Source of the DNA: a virus | Taxonomy: Duplodnaviria > Caudoviricetes | Length of the DNA: 64,000 nt | Virus record (IMG/VR): IMGVR_UViG_3300046819_000361 | Direction: 5' to 3' (one strand) | Shown: piece by piece, positions 35,994 to 45,924 of the stretch | Layout of the letters: each line of letters starts with the position of its first letter | How positions within the stretch are numbered: the stretch's first letter is position 1 | Translations under genes and position numbers: made by a program | The notes under the pieces: generated by a model | The model's database searches: none | What the model was told of the DNA's origin: nothing | The model's input: only the letters and a program-made list of their open reading frames with translations

Positions 35994-36953
35994 TTATAAT
36001 TTGCAAGATTCGCAATCTGCTTCACCTTCATCAATACCGCTTGGTAAATCAACTTCATCTTCTGCTTTTGAACCAGCTTTATCTATAAGTGAGTAATAAA
36101 AGGTTTTTAGTCCCCATTTATGTCCTAACATCAAATTTTTCGCAATTAATGTTCCTGGTACTTTTCTATCTGGAAAGTGTTTAGGCGAATAAAAAGTATT
36201 CACTGAGATTGCTTGATCGACATATGCTGCTAAAACAGATGCAGTTTTTAAGTAACCTATGCAATCAGTCTGGTCCCATAGTAACTGATATTTATTTTTC
36301 AGTTTATGGTATTCTGGAACTACTTGCGTTAATGATGCAGCTTTTGATTCTTTGGTTTGAATTAACTGCATTGGCATTTCAATTCCATTTGTGCTATTGA
36401 TAACAACAGAACTGGATTCAACTGGTGCGATAGCCATTTGTGTGGCATTTCTAACTCCATATTGTTTCATACTAGCTCGTAAGGTTTCCCAGTCTAATTC
36501 TGGTGTGAAATCAGTTAACTCATTAACACCCTCTGCACGTAATTCCCATGGGAATATACCTTGGCCGTATCTCGTTAAATGACTATGCTCACACGCACCG
36601 CGTTCTTTTGCTAATTCAACACTGGATTCGGTGGTATAATATGCTAGATGTTCAATCCAACTTTTTACTTCTGATAGCATATCTGGATCACCGTATTTGA
36701 ATCCACGTTTAGCAGCCCAGTATGCAAGATTTGTAATACCAATTCCTAGCGGTCTAATTTCATCATTAGATAATTTAGATTGGATTGATAAGAAGTCTTG
36801 GTAATCCAAAATATTGTTAAGACTGCGGTGTAGAATACGACACGCCCTACGCATATCTTCTGGGTTTCTGAAAGCCCCCCAGTTGATACTTCCAAGTGTG
36901 CATAAACTGATTTTTGGCACAGCACGGGTGCATTCTTTTTTAATTATTTTCAT
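35994..36953 (-). CDS. nrdA: Ribonucleotide reductase alpha subunit, C-terminal fragment (NrdA-b)
   Basis: SLCTLGSIN, RPLGIG, APVESSS, NSTNGIE, KTFYY, C-terminal CESC; own AAGGA RBS. Confidence 0.92.
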   Translation of the reverse strand: MKIIKKECTRAVPKISLCTLGSINWGAFRNPEDMRRACRILHRSLNNILDYQDFLSIQSKLSNDEIRPLGIGITNLAYWAAKRGFKYGDPDMLSEVKSWIEHLAYYTTESSVELAKERGACEHSHLTRYGQGIFPWELRAEGVNELTDFTPELDWETLRASMKQYGVRNATQMAIAPVESSSVVINSTNGIEMPMQLIQTKESKAASLTQVVPEYHKLKNKYQLLWDQTDCIGYLKTASVLAAYVDQAISVNTFYSPKHFPDRKVPGTLIAKNLMLGHKWGLKTFYYSLIDKAGSKAEDEVDLPSGIDEGEADCESCKL

Positions 36954-36963
36954 TAATTATTCC

Positions 36964-37740
36964 TTAATTATTCCTTAATAATTTTCCGTATTTTATTAAA
37001 ATATATCTACTTTTTCCAGTACTAATAGATGCATCGACTAGTGAATTATAAATAATGCCATCAAATTCTATTTTTGGCAACGCTTTCAATCTCTTTGCAG
37101 TTTTAACAGATTCACTATTAATTTTATTTTTTTCTTCTGATGTCAGATATCGATATGTGGCATATTCGTAAGGTACATTTCTAATATTTGTAAGTTTTTT
37201 ACATTTATAGCCATGGTGATGACCACGCTTTCCTCTAGCAACAGCACTCATAGTTGATGGATTTAATGAATGTGTTTTACAAAAATCTAACATATTCCTT
37301 ACTATAAGTGTGTCCCCGTCTGGTGTTATAATCTCCCAGGTATCTATTGATAAATTGGCTTTTTGGTTGCAGGTTAGGGTGCTTCCTTTGTTCCAAGCTT
37401 TGCGAGTTCCAGTTTCAAATGCAATTTTATGTGCTTTGCTAATTTTATGACCAGACCCAGTATTCCCACCACCCGCTGATGGTGAAATGTTATAGTAAGT
37501 TTTACTATTAGCACAATCACGGGCGGTTAGATAAAATTGTTCTCGAATAAACAATTGTTCTTCGGATTGTACATATTCAACTATAACCCGGGTGAATATA
37601 TCCATTCCATATTTTCTAACCGCATTTAAAAATCTATAACCACTGCCGGTATATCCATCGTCTATAGTTCCTTTATGTGACCCCAAATATTTCATACCAT
37701 TTACATTATTAGTCCATTCGTAAATAAACCCAATATACAT
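36964..37740 (-). CDS. GIY-YIG homing endonuclease inserted in nrdA
   Basis: GFIYEWTN...KYLGSH...YTGSG...REQFYL...YYN (Seg-like); TAAATA upstream. Confidence 0.88.
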   Translation of the reverse strand: MYIGFIYEWTNNVNGMKYLGSHKGTIDDGYTGSGYRFLNAVRKYGMDIFTRVIVEYVQSEEQLFIREQFYLTARDCANSKTYYNISPSAGGGNTGSGHKISKAHKIAFETGTRKAWNKGSTLTCNQKANLSIDTWEIITPDGDTLIVRNMLDFCKTHSLNPSTMSAVARGKRGHHHGYKCKKLTNIRNVPYEYATYRYLTSEEKNKINSESVKTAKRLKALPKIEFDGIIYNSLVDASISTGKSRYILIKYGKLLRNN

Positions 37741-37791
37741 TATACATTCTCCTTTTATAATATATTTATGTACATTAGGTTATGTTAACTA

Positions 37792-39321
37792 TTACATTAG
37801 TAAATCTTTAATATCATCATCTTCGGTTAGTTCTCTAACTTTTTTCTTATCACCGTTAGCTAACAGAACTTTATGCTGTCCTGGTAATACCACATCAACG
37901 CCATTATCCAATGTTAATTTAAACTCACCTTCATCGTTTAATGACTTAAATGGAACTGAAGGCAACACTATCTCTGCACATAAATTTGATTGATATACTG
38001 GGTGAATGTTAGTATCAAACGGCCCTTGATTTTGGACATTATCAACATACATTAGGTAAATACGCCCGGTATCAGTGCGTTCTTTAAGTAATCCACCTTT
38101 GAATACTTCTTCTGCTGAAATAACTTTTTTTCTTAAATCTTTGCGTTTTTCGTATTTTACGTATAATTCTTCAAATTGTGCATTATTTCTATAGAATGCT
38201 TCGTACAATTCTGGAACTTCATTTGGATCAAAGAATGTGATATTTTCTTTAGCTTTGAATCGTCTCCAAAATAGCGCCGATAATACAACCCCATAGTCCA
38301 TATGTCTAACACGGGTTTCTTCTGTGCCTTGGTTATTTTTTAATACAATCAAATCATCAAATTGATAGTGCCAGATTGGGAAATATACTGTACAAGACGC
38401 ATTTCTGATACCACCTTGGCTACAGCTTTTCAGATCACCAAACCATTTTTTTAAGAATGGAATCATGCCGGTATGCATGATTTCTCCACCTCTGATAGGA
38501 GAACCTAACGGACGTAATCTACCAACTTCTAATCCGATGCCAGCACGTTTGCTAGCATATTTGGCCATCATTTCTCCAGAGGCGAATATACTATCAAGAT
38601 CGTCGTCGCTGCGTATAAGAACGCAACTGCTAAATTGTTTTGTGGGGGTTCCGAGGCCAGCGAGAACAGGAGTAGCCAAAGTAAAAAGGCCATCAGATGC
38701 GGCATTGTAATATTCCTTTATGTATTTCATTCTAGCAGAATTTGGTTCTTCTTTATGGAAGACAGTAGCTGCCGCAACCATGTATCGTATTTGAGGTGTT
38801 TCAAATACTTCTTTTGTTGAACGATTTCTGATCAGATATTTTTCAATCAACTGCTCAATTGCAGCATATGAATATTGCTCATCTTTGTCATGATCAATAA
38901 ACGAGTCCATTTTATTCCAATCATCTTCACTGTACCATGATAATAATTCAGGTGTATAAAGACCAATTGCTATATTGTTTTGCACAATTGAATAGAGGCT
39001 CGGTGGGTTGTATTGTCCGTATACATCTTTGCGAAGCATAGATAACCGTTGTTTACCGGCTACAAATTGATAGTTAGTGTGACCAATATCAGGATTAGCT
39101 TCAACATCAATAAGATCAACGATTGCACGTAATGTTATTTCATCGATTTCTTTGGTTGTGATACCATCATAATAGTGTGGCTGACTCTTGATTTCAATCA
39201 TTGATTGACTGACATCTGCTATTCCCGCGCATACTTTAGCGATTTGGGACTGCCATTTTTCAATGGTCAATGGCTCTCTTTGGCCATTTCTTTTTATTAC
39301 TGTAATTTTGTTCATATCCAT
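37792..39321 (-). CDS. nrdA: Ribonucleotide reductase alpha subunit, N-terminal fragment (NrdA-a)
   Basis: ATP cone VIKRNG, FSSCVLI, SQGGIRNAS, QSNLCAEI; ends with a non-RNR tail. Confidence 0.92.
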   Translation of the reverse strand: MDMNKITVIKRNGQREPLTIEKWQSQIAKVCAGIADVSQSMIEIKSQPHYYDGITTKEIDEITLRAIVDLIDVEANPDIGHTNYQFVAGKQRLSMLRKDVYGQYNPPSLYSIVQNNIAIGLYTPELLSWYSEDDWNKMDSFIDHDKDEQYSYAAIEQLIEKYLIRNRSTKEVFETPQIRYMVAAATVFHKEEPNSARMKYIKEYYNAASDGLFTLATPVLAGLGTPTKQFSSCVLIRSDDDLDSIFASGEMMAKYASKRAGIGLEVGRLRPLGSPIRGGEIMHTGMIPFLKKWFGDLKSCSQGGIRNASCTVYFPIWHYQFDDLIVLKNNQGTEETRVRHMDYGVVLSALFWRRFKAKENITFFDPNEVPELYEAFYRNNAQFEELYVKYEKRKDLRKKVISAEEVFKGGLLKERTDTGRIYLMYVDNVQNQGPFDTNIHPVYQSNLCAEIVLPSVPFKSLNDEGEFKLTLDNGVDVVLPGQHKVLLANGDKKKVRELTEDDDIKDLLM

Positions 39322-39455
39322 ATGTTGTTACTCTCGCTTATCTGTCTACTTAAATCCGTTTAGGTAGTATTTATTGATGATAAGCAAGATGTTAAAAAAT
39401 TGATAAGTTATTGAAAATTAAGGATTATTAATTAACTTATCACCTAATACAGAGT

Positions 39456-39484
39456 ATTATACACTACAATTGGTGATAAGTCTA
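39456..39484 (-). promoter_or_regulatory. sigma70-type promoter for nrdA
   Basis: TAGACT-17nt-TATAAT inside a 10-bp inverted repeat. Confidence 0.55.
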
Positions 39485-39493
39485 GTAAAATTT

Positions 39494-42037
39494 TTACTGA
39501 ATCGATGATTTATACGTAAACGAGAAGATACCAATATCGTCTAGTAGACTGTTTGTATAATAGATACCGATGGCGGATTGACCACCTGAAAATGCTGCTG
39601 TAAAATCAAGCCAACCAAGAAAATCCTCATTTCCTACGTAATCATATTCATCTGACGAATGGATTTGTGAATTGGCTATATCAGCAATTACTGTGATAAT
39701 GCCTTTTCTTGTAAACTCTCCTACTGTACTGGAGTATACATATTCTATTTCGTGAATAATTGATCGTTGTTGAACACCCTCGATTGACACGGATGATGGT
39801 AGATTAAACAATTTTCTACTAGTCAATGTATATATCAATGGTAGAGCTATAGTTTCATCTACCTCGTACAGACCCTTGCCACTAAATTCAGGTACATAAG
39901 TTGATCTGATTGGTAATGAATAATAATCCCAGCGGTCAGATTTGATATTTCTAATTATATTGCCAAAATTATCAGAATAAATTTGAGGAATAAGGACCCC
40001 ATCATTATCACCAACATTCGCTAGGATGATATTATCGATTATGTTTTTTACACCAGTCTTAATCCAAATTGCTTGTTTTATAATATTAGAAAATTTTAAA
40101 TTGCTAATTAATGTATTTCTAGCGCCATATTCTTTTCCTACAATTGATGGATTGGAAAATTCACCAAAGACCATGCCATAAGTACCAGATGAAATAGTAC
40201 CATCAACAAATTTATTATTATCGATATCGTAATCGGAGTAAACACCATAACCAAAATTATTAATAATTATATTTTTGAATAAGTTATTAGTAGTGGTAAC
40301 ACTCTCACTTACAGCCGCCATTGAAATACCATAATTGGTGGTTCTTGTGCCAGAACTCCATGTACTAGACAATGCGATATTTTCAAATATACTATCTTTT
40401 ACTGCATCTAATTGTAACCCATCTGACACATTATCTAACACGCTAATAGATAAATTTTTGAATATAATATTTTTCGGTTGATTTAATGATGTGGTATTCT
40501 CAATAGAATTAGGTGATCCAGGACGTGATAATTCATTTACAAATTTAACAACAGCGGTGTCTTGAACCATTGTTAAAACAAATTCGCCATTAGTTACATC
40601 ATCTGTAGCAACGTTATTTAATATTAAACTTTCAGAATCAATGACGTCTACGACAATAGTGCCGGGTGAGATTGATGGCCCTGATACTATTGCACCAATC
40701 ATATATTCTGCTGCACTAATAGTAGATATTGTAAAACTATTATAGTTTGCATTTCCTGTAATGTGTCTATCTCTGTTAAATTTTAAAATGGTTTTATCAA
40801 TACCAGCACCTACTATTGTTGCATAACTGGGAACATATAATGTATTGGAGATATTATATGTTCCAGGTGGTATTTCAAGGATAGATCTAAATTCTGGATT
40901 AGCTGATGCCAAACTCCCGGCTGCTGGTAATATGATATCAAAAATTTGCGGATCGGTTTCTGTGCTAGAAGATGGATTATCCATTGTAATACTAATACCT
41001 GGTATTACTGATAAAATAACGGTATCAACTGGAATTCCTGGGCCACCTATTTCTGCTCCAACATACGAATAACTAGCACTAGCAGTATTGATTGTATAAC
41101 TTCCTGGCGCTGATACAGCATTGATTGTAATAACGGGTGGAACATTCAGAAATAATTGATTAATAGCATTTTGTAAGCTAACAGTGTCGTCAACTATGCC
41201 ATTCCCATATGTGCCAAAATCGGCAGTATTCACTCTATCATCCAAGCGAGACTGTATGGTTCGTAAAGCAGTATACTTGACCGGCACTGATGGACCAGTT
41301 ACCGATATTGCCCGTAACAAAAAGTCAACACTTCTAGTGTTCAAATTTACTGTTTGATCAGATATAATGTTGGAATTATTTGAAATAGTTACAGAAGAAC
41401 TCCCGATTTCAGTTACCACTGAATTATTCAGGATACCGGTGCCATATATCTCCATTCCAACCACAAATTTATCTATATTTTGTGTGATATTTGTTATTAT
41501 ATTTGATCCTGGATGAACAGTTCCTGTAAATGTAAAACCTGTTCTGATATTATCCAATCCTAATGCGTTAGTTGGTACCGTAAATTGTGATCCATACGAT
41601 ATCCCATAACCAATCGATGTAATGTTTACAGTTACGACCGCGCCATTAAATACCGTGATAGTTGCGGTTGGTAATGATATTGGCCGATCACCATATGTAA
41701 CCCACTCTAATTCAACATTATTGTAAGTACCATCTGTATAATCAGTGCCAGGTGCTACGATTTCGACTCTTTGTATTGATCCACTTGCTTTATAGATATA
41801 ATCTAAATTGCCAAGTAAATTAGCTGATTCGCCTTTTAAATTTGGTACATCAAGTTCAGTTAACAATCGAGTGTTGCCAACATGTGGTGCACCTTCGGCA
41901 ACAGAGCCATTGCCAATATATAATTCTTGGGAATCAATCGCCCACCCTAATTCACCACTTGCTAATTGTGGTAATCCAGTGCCACTGAATTTTCTTCCGC
42001 GACGCTGTTGTATTCTTGAAATGGAAACTATTGCCAT
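39494..42037 (-). CDS. Virion structural protein with beta-helix (pectate-lyase-like) region
   Basis: MAIVSISRIQQRRG...GELGWAID...LYIGNG N-terminus; DFGTYGNGIVDDT; PPGTYNIS. Confidence 0.65.
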   Translation of the reverse strand: MAIVSISRIQQRRGRKFSGTGLPQLASGELGWAIDSQELYIGNGSVAEGAPHVGNTRLLTELDVPNLKGESANLLGNLDYIYKASGSIQRVEIVAPGTDYTDGTYNNVELEWVTYGDRPISLPTATITVFNGAVVTVNITSIGYGISYGSQFTVPTNALGLDNIRTGFTFTGTVHPGSNIITNITQNIDKFVVGMEIYGTGILNNSVVTEIGSSSVTISNNSNIISDQTVNLNTRSVDFLLRAISVTGPSVPVKYTALRTIQSRLDDRVNTADFGTYGNGIVDDTVSLQNAINQLFLNVPPVITINAVSAPGSYTINTASASYSYVGAEIGGPGIPVDTVILSVIPGISITMDNPSSSTETDPQIFDIILPAAGSLASANPEFRSILEIPPGTYNISNTLYVPSYATIVGAGIDKTILKFNRDRHITGNANYNSFTISTISAAEYMIGAIVSGPSISPGTIVVDVIDSESLILNNVATDDVTNGEFVLTMVQDTAVVKFVNELSRPGSPNSIENTTSLNQPKNIIFKNLSISVLDNVSDGLQLDAVKDSIFENIALSSTWSSGTRTTNYGISMAAVSESVTTTNNLFKNIIINNFGYGVYSDYDIDNNKFVDGTISSGTYGMVFGEFSNPSIVGKEYGARNTLISNLKFSNIIKQAIWIKTGVKNIIDNIILANVGDNDGVLIPQIYSDNFGNIIRNIKSDRWDYYSLPIRSTYVPEFSGKGLYEVDETIALPLIYTLTSRKLFNLPSSVSIEGVQQRSIIHEIEYVYSSTVGEFTRKGIITVIADIANSQIHSSDEYDYVGNEDFLGWLDFTAAFSGGQSAIGIYYTNSLLDDIGIFSFTYKSSIQ

Positions 42038-42094
42038 AAATAAATCCTCTTTAGTATTATTTATGCAATACTTGGTGTCTAAAAGGTATTGAGT

Positions 42095-42811
42095 TTAAAT
42101 ATTAGAAAAATATTGATCAACCCGATCCCACCATTTATTCTCCCAATAAGGAAAATCTTCGCTTGATAAAATGAATTCTTGATATTGTGGTTCACCCCAA
42201 CTGCCTGGTTTTATTTCATCAGGTTTTACACACATCAGAATTACACCTTTTTTAATATTAGTTCCATGAATTTTATTATGTGCGATACTATACGCAGTTA
42301 ATTGCAAAAAGTAATCTTCTATATATTCTAGTTTTTTTGGTTTGTTGGTTTGTTTGTAATCAAAAATTGATTCAGAATTTTTATGTATGCCTACTGCATC
42401 TGCAGTCCCTGCATACAGACCTGGGTAATATAATCCTACTTCTGAACCCCAAATTTCATTGATATTGATTAATCCCTGATTTATGATAGTTGACGCCATT
42501 AAATGACTTTGTTTACTATACGGATTAGTACCGGGGGTTGATAATTGACCGGTCATGACAAAATCTTCAAGGTACTTGTGCATTCGTGTACCCCTTCCAG
42601 CAGATTCGAGTGTTATTTCTTGTGCTTTCTTATCACCAACAGACTTTCGCCATGCTTGCAATGCAGCTACTTTTTCTACTGGTTTAGTTGAATCTAGGAT
42701 AGTAGTTACTGATGGGACTTTTGATCCGTCTGGGCAAACATAAAGACGTTTGCCTTCGACGGATTCTCTATCGATTTGTGTATAATTGAATCTTTCTTGT
42801 AATAATTTCAT
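42095..42811 (-). CDS. PD-(D/E)XK exonuclease
   Basis: PSVTTIL, RGTRMH, YAGTAD, DYKQ, YFLQLTAY; promoter TTGACA-17-TATAAT at 42817-42845. Confidence 0.82.
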   Translation of the reverse strand: MKLLQERFNYTQIDRESVEGKRLYVCPDGSKVPSVTTILDSTKPVEKVAALQAWRKSVGDKKAQEITLESAGRGTRMHKYLEDFVMTGQLSTPGTNPYSKQSHLMASTIINQGLININEIWGSEVGLYYPGLYAGTADAVGIHKNSESIFDYKQTNKPKKLEYIEDYFLQLTAYSIAHNKIHGTNIKKGVILMCVKPDEIKPGSWGEPQYQEFILSSEDFPYWENKWWDRVDQYFSNI

Positions 42812-42848
42812 ACTGTATTATATGATAATAATTAAAGAATGTCAACTT

Positions 42849-43217
42849 TTATTTTGATTTTAACGCATGCATTGCAGTTTGTTTGACGGTAGCATGACTT
42901 GGATCAATTGGTTGTTGTCCGGTATTACCACTGCTATTAGGCATAGTTGTTGCATTTCTTGGATCAAAAATTACACCAGAATCATCAACTCTGCCAGCTT
43001 TATTGTCAATCATGTTTTGCAGGGTTGGTGTACTATCTAGTAATTTAGTAAACGCATCATAATCAGGTATCATGGGTGCGCCTGAATTTGCATCAGTTAA
43101 TGTTCTATTGATGGCATCCCATGTTAATGTAACTGGTTTACCGGTTCTATCAGCATTTGCACGAGCCGCCCAAAATAACTCTGCTAGCGGCTCAATTGAT
43201 TCACATAACTGATTTAC
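42849..43217 (-). CDS. ORF probably reached by -1 frameshift from the upstream gene
   Basis: Frame open from 43247 to the stop at 42849; first ATG/GTG/TTG only at 43073; lies in the -1 frame of the A-AAA-AAG site at 43217-43223. Confidence 0.5.
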   Translation of the reverse strand, partial: VNQLCESIEPLAELFWAARANADRTGKPVTLTWDAINRTLTDANSGAPMIPDYDAFTKLLDSTPTLQNMIDNKAGRVDDSGVIFDPRNATTMPNSSGNTGQQPIDPSHATVKQTAMHALKSK

Positions 43218-44155
43218 TTTTTTTTTGAGCTTAACAATAACCCTAGTTTACGGCTATACTCAACACTTTCTCTTTTCAGTCTACCTGCTTCTGCAGCTGG
43301 TTGTGGTAATTCCTCGCCTTCTGGTGCAGGGGGTAATCCGCCTTCTTCACCTGGGATTTGTGGTGGTTCTTCACCTAACCCTGAAGCCACCGCTGACCCC
43401 GGTGTGCCACCGCCCATGGTTTCTGCTTGTTCACCTGAAACGATAGCCAATCCATTTGATAATCCTTCACGAGCTGACACCAATGCACTATATAAGCCTT
43501 CTAATGCACCACCTACCACTTCACTGAATTGTTGTGATACATCACTGCCTTGTTCTCTACGAATGGCATCTAACAATTCTAATAATTGGTCTGCTTTCAT
43601 GGCAGCTGTATCTTCAATCCAGTTAGTAATTTTACTAACCATATCTTTGGTTGATAAGATGTTTTCAGCTTTTTGTTCTTCGCCTTCTAATAAAACCCAA
43701 CTAGCTTGTGCTTCATTAAGATCATAGCGTAATGATAATTCAGCCGATAATTCTTCTCTATCTGATTCACCCAATTTCATACGTTTGATAGCATTGTTGA
43801 TCCAACTTTCTGGAACTGACATGTTTTGTGCTCTATGGCGGATTGCTGTATACATAGCTTGTTCACTCACTTGTCTTGTTTCAACTGGTTCTTCAACCGA
43901 TTCTGATCTTTCAAAGATTTCTTGGTTGATAACATCCAATAACGCTTTTGTTTTTTGATATGATTCATTTTCTAAAATAGAATCATAGCTTTCTGATAAT
44001 TCAAATTGACTGATATCAGTTCTTAATTTATTACGTGCGTCTTCTAATTGCACGTCACTAAACTGCTCTAATTTTAATTTATAACCAAATGTTTTACTTA
44101 AACTTTCGTTAAGTTTTTTGCTGGTTACCGGTTGTGATAAATCTTTAATTTGCAT
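43214..44155 (-). CDS. Acidic helical protein, probable head core/scaffold-associated
   Basis: Glu-rich helices, Pro/Glu-rich tail; start MQIKDL at 44155 with AAGGA RBS; TAAATA upstream. Confidence 0.5.
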   Translation of the reverse strand: MQIKDLSQPVTSKKLNESLSKTFGYKLKLEQFSDVQLEDARNKLRTDISQFELSESYDSILENESYQKTKALLDVINQEIFERSESVEEPVETRQVSEQAMYTAIRHRAQNMSVPESWINNAIKRMKLGESDREELSAELSLRYDLNEAQASWVLLEGEEQKAENILSTKDMVSKITNWIEDTAAMKADQLLELLDAIRREQGSDVSQQFSEVVGGALEGLYSALVSAREGLSNGLAIVSGEQAETMGGGTPGSAVASGLGEEPPQIPGEEGGLPPAPEGEELPQPAAEAGRLKRESVEYSRKLGLLLSSKKK

Positions 44156-44187
44156 GTTAGGTTCCTTAAACATATTTTATAATGTAT

Positions 44188-44625
44188 TTATACAAAAGTA
44201 TTCTTAAATAGTTTAGAAATTCTGTTTTTGTAAAGCGATGCTCTATAATCACATTCTTCTAGTTTGGTTAGTAGTATTGGGTATTGTTCATTATTTGATG
44301 ATTTTATGTAATTCTTTGAGATCATAAAATCAGTATAGTTAGACCAATAACTATTATCTAACTCTTTAATTTCAGAACATTTGCTGAAAAATCTATGATG
44401 ATATGCATTAGCAGCCATCAATGCACAGCTTTTCAAATGATATTGATTAATCAAATCTTTATTGCTGGTATTGTAAACTCCCCAATTTTGATTGGGTAAT
44501 TGTCTAACCAAAAAGTTTTTATATAACAATGACCCATTTGGGAGTATATTTATTGGCAATTTTTGTTGTAATTCTGCATCAAAATAGGATGCTAAATCTT
44601 TAATTGTATTTGTTGATTTCTTCAT
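44188..44625 (-). CDS. Hypothetical protein
   Basis: 145-aa ORF. Confidence 0.55.
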   Translation of the reverse strand: MKKSTNTIKDLASYFDAELQQKLPINILPNGSLLYKNFLVRQLPNQNWGVYNTSNKDLINQYHLKSCALMAANAYHHRFFSKCSEIKELDNSYWSNYTDFMISKNYIKSSNNEQYPILLTKLEECDYRASLYKNRISKLFKNTFV

Positions 44626-44815
44626 TGGCTATAACAACTGGATTTTCAAATCCTCTTTTTATTACTAGATTTTTTCTTATCATATATTCCAATTTTACTC
44701 TATCGTGACTATTGAATGAAGATAATAATCTGGGTGATTTAATTTTTTTTAAAATATCAGCTTCTTCATTTGTTATCCAAATATCAATTGGATTAATTAA
44801 ATCACAAATTCGCAT
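44600..44815 (-). CDS. Hypothetical protein
   Basis: Start MRICDLIN at 44815. Confidence 0.5.
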   Translation of the reverse strand: MRICDLINPIDIWITNEEADILKKIKSPRLLSSFNSHDRVKLEYMIRKNLVIKRGFENPVVIANEEINKYN

Positions 44816-44816
44816 A

Positions 44817-45923
44817 TTATTTAATTCCGGCAATAGTTAACATTTTATATAATAGATCAGATTCAGCCAGTTTTTTATTATTACTCATTGCTGATCTAGC
44901 ACTTCTTTCAAACTCTTTATCAGTGATATCTGTAATAAAATCATCACCTTTATCACCACCAACTTTACGATTGTGTCTGCCTTTTTTAATTAAATCTTTG
45001 TTAAGTTCATCCTCCATCGATTCCGATGTAGTTTGATCTCCCATAGTTACAACAGAGCCTGGCTTAATTGATGCTGGGTCCATTGATGGTGCTTTAAGCT
45101 GTCCGGGATGTTCTTGGTCGGGTGTTAAGGTTTTAGCATCTATTTGTTGGCCGTTTGATAATTCAGCTTTATCGCCACTGATTCCTTTGACTGTGATGGC
45201 GTTATCTTCGCCTAGAATATCTTTGATTTTCATTTGTTCTCCAAGGCTGAGTTCAGCACTTTGTAATTTGTCTATATGTTTGAATAATTTATCTAATTGC
45301 CCACGCGAACGAAGCAATTTATATGCTAAATTTTCAACTGATTGTTCACCGCCTTGCTCAAGCCCAGCTTTACGTAATCTACGTATGTCATCTAATGTAT
45401 CTTGTGCAGATGCGATATCATTCGATTTTAATACTTTGATAATTCTGGAAGAATAGTTACGTGCTTTGTTTTTAATTTCTTGTGGACTTGCATTTGGTTC
45501 TTCTCTGGAAGGTTTAACTAACCATTTATTATCCAAAATGCTATAAATGCCAGCAGAATAGTGATGTTGTTTACTATCCTGTACATATACTTCAACTGGG
45601 ATACTTTTAATTTTTAAATCATACTTGAAATTATAATTGTTTTTCTTTGAATTGAAGTAATCTTCTAATTCTGGATTATCAATATCAACTATTAAGTGAA
45701 GATCAATATCTGACACATTTGAATAATTAAAACTGGCATTTGACCCACTGATGGTTATATCTCGTAATTTTAAATTTTTGACTTTTAACGTTTCTAAAAA
45801 ATTTCTCGCAATCATCAGTAATTTATGACGTACTTCTGGTCGTAAATCTGTATCTTTCCATAGTACTGGATTTAATATGTCATTGATTGTGAATGATGGA
45901 GTTGATTTTTCTGAGATGTGCAT
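44817..45923 (-). CDS. Pol-beta-superfamily nucleotidyltransferase domain protein with C-terminal extension
   Basis: GSNASFNY...SDIDLH...VEVYVQD motif set. Confidence 0.65.
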   Translation of the reverse strand: MHISEKSTPSFTINDILNPVLWKDTDLRPEVRHKLLMIARNFLETLKVKNLKLRDITISGSNASFNYSNVSDIDLHLIVDIDNPELEDYFNSKKNNYNFKYDLKIKSIPVEVYVQDSKQHHYSAGIYSILDNKWLVKPSREEPNASPQEIKNKARNYSSRIIKVLKSNDIASAQDTLDDIRRLRKAGLEQGGEQSVENLAYKLLRSRGQLDKLFKHIDKLQSAELSLGEQMKIKDILGEDNAITVKGISGDKAELSNGQQIDAKTLTPDQEHPGQLKAPSMDPASIKPGSVVTMGDQTTSESMEDELNKDLIKKGRHNRKVGGDKGDDFITDITDKEFERSARSAMSNNKKLAESDLLYKMLTIAGIK

Positions 45924-45924
45924 A

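Noticed and set aside
36954-37791. Group I intron or active split intein in nrdA
   Set aside because: No space for a ribozyme core; the tails lack the N-terminal nucleophile block and terminal His-Asn needed for splicing
42095-42811. Cas4 / CRISPR association of the nuclease
   Set aside because: No four-Cys Fe-S motif and no array; ordinary phage PD-(D/E)XK exonuclease
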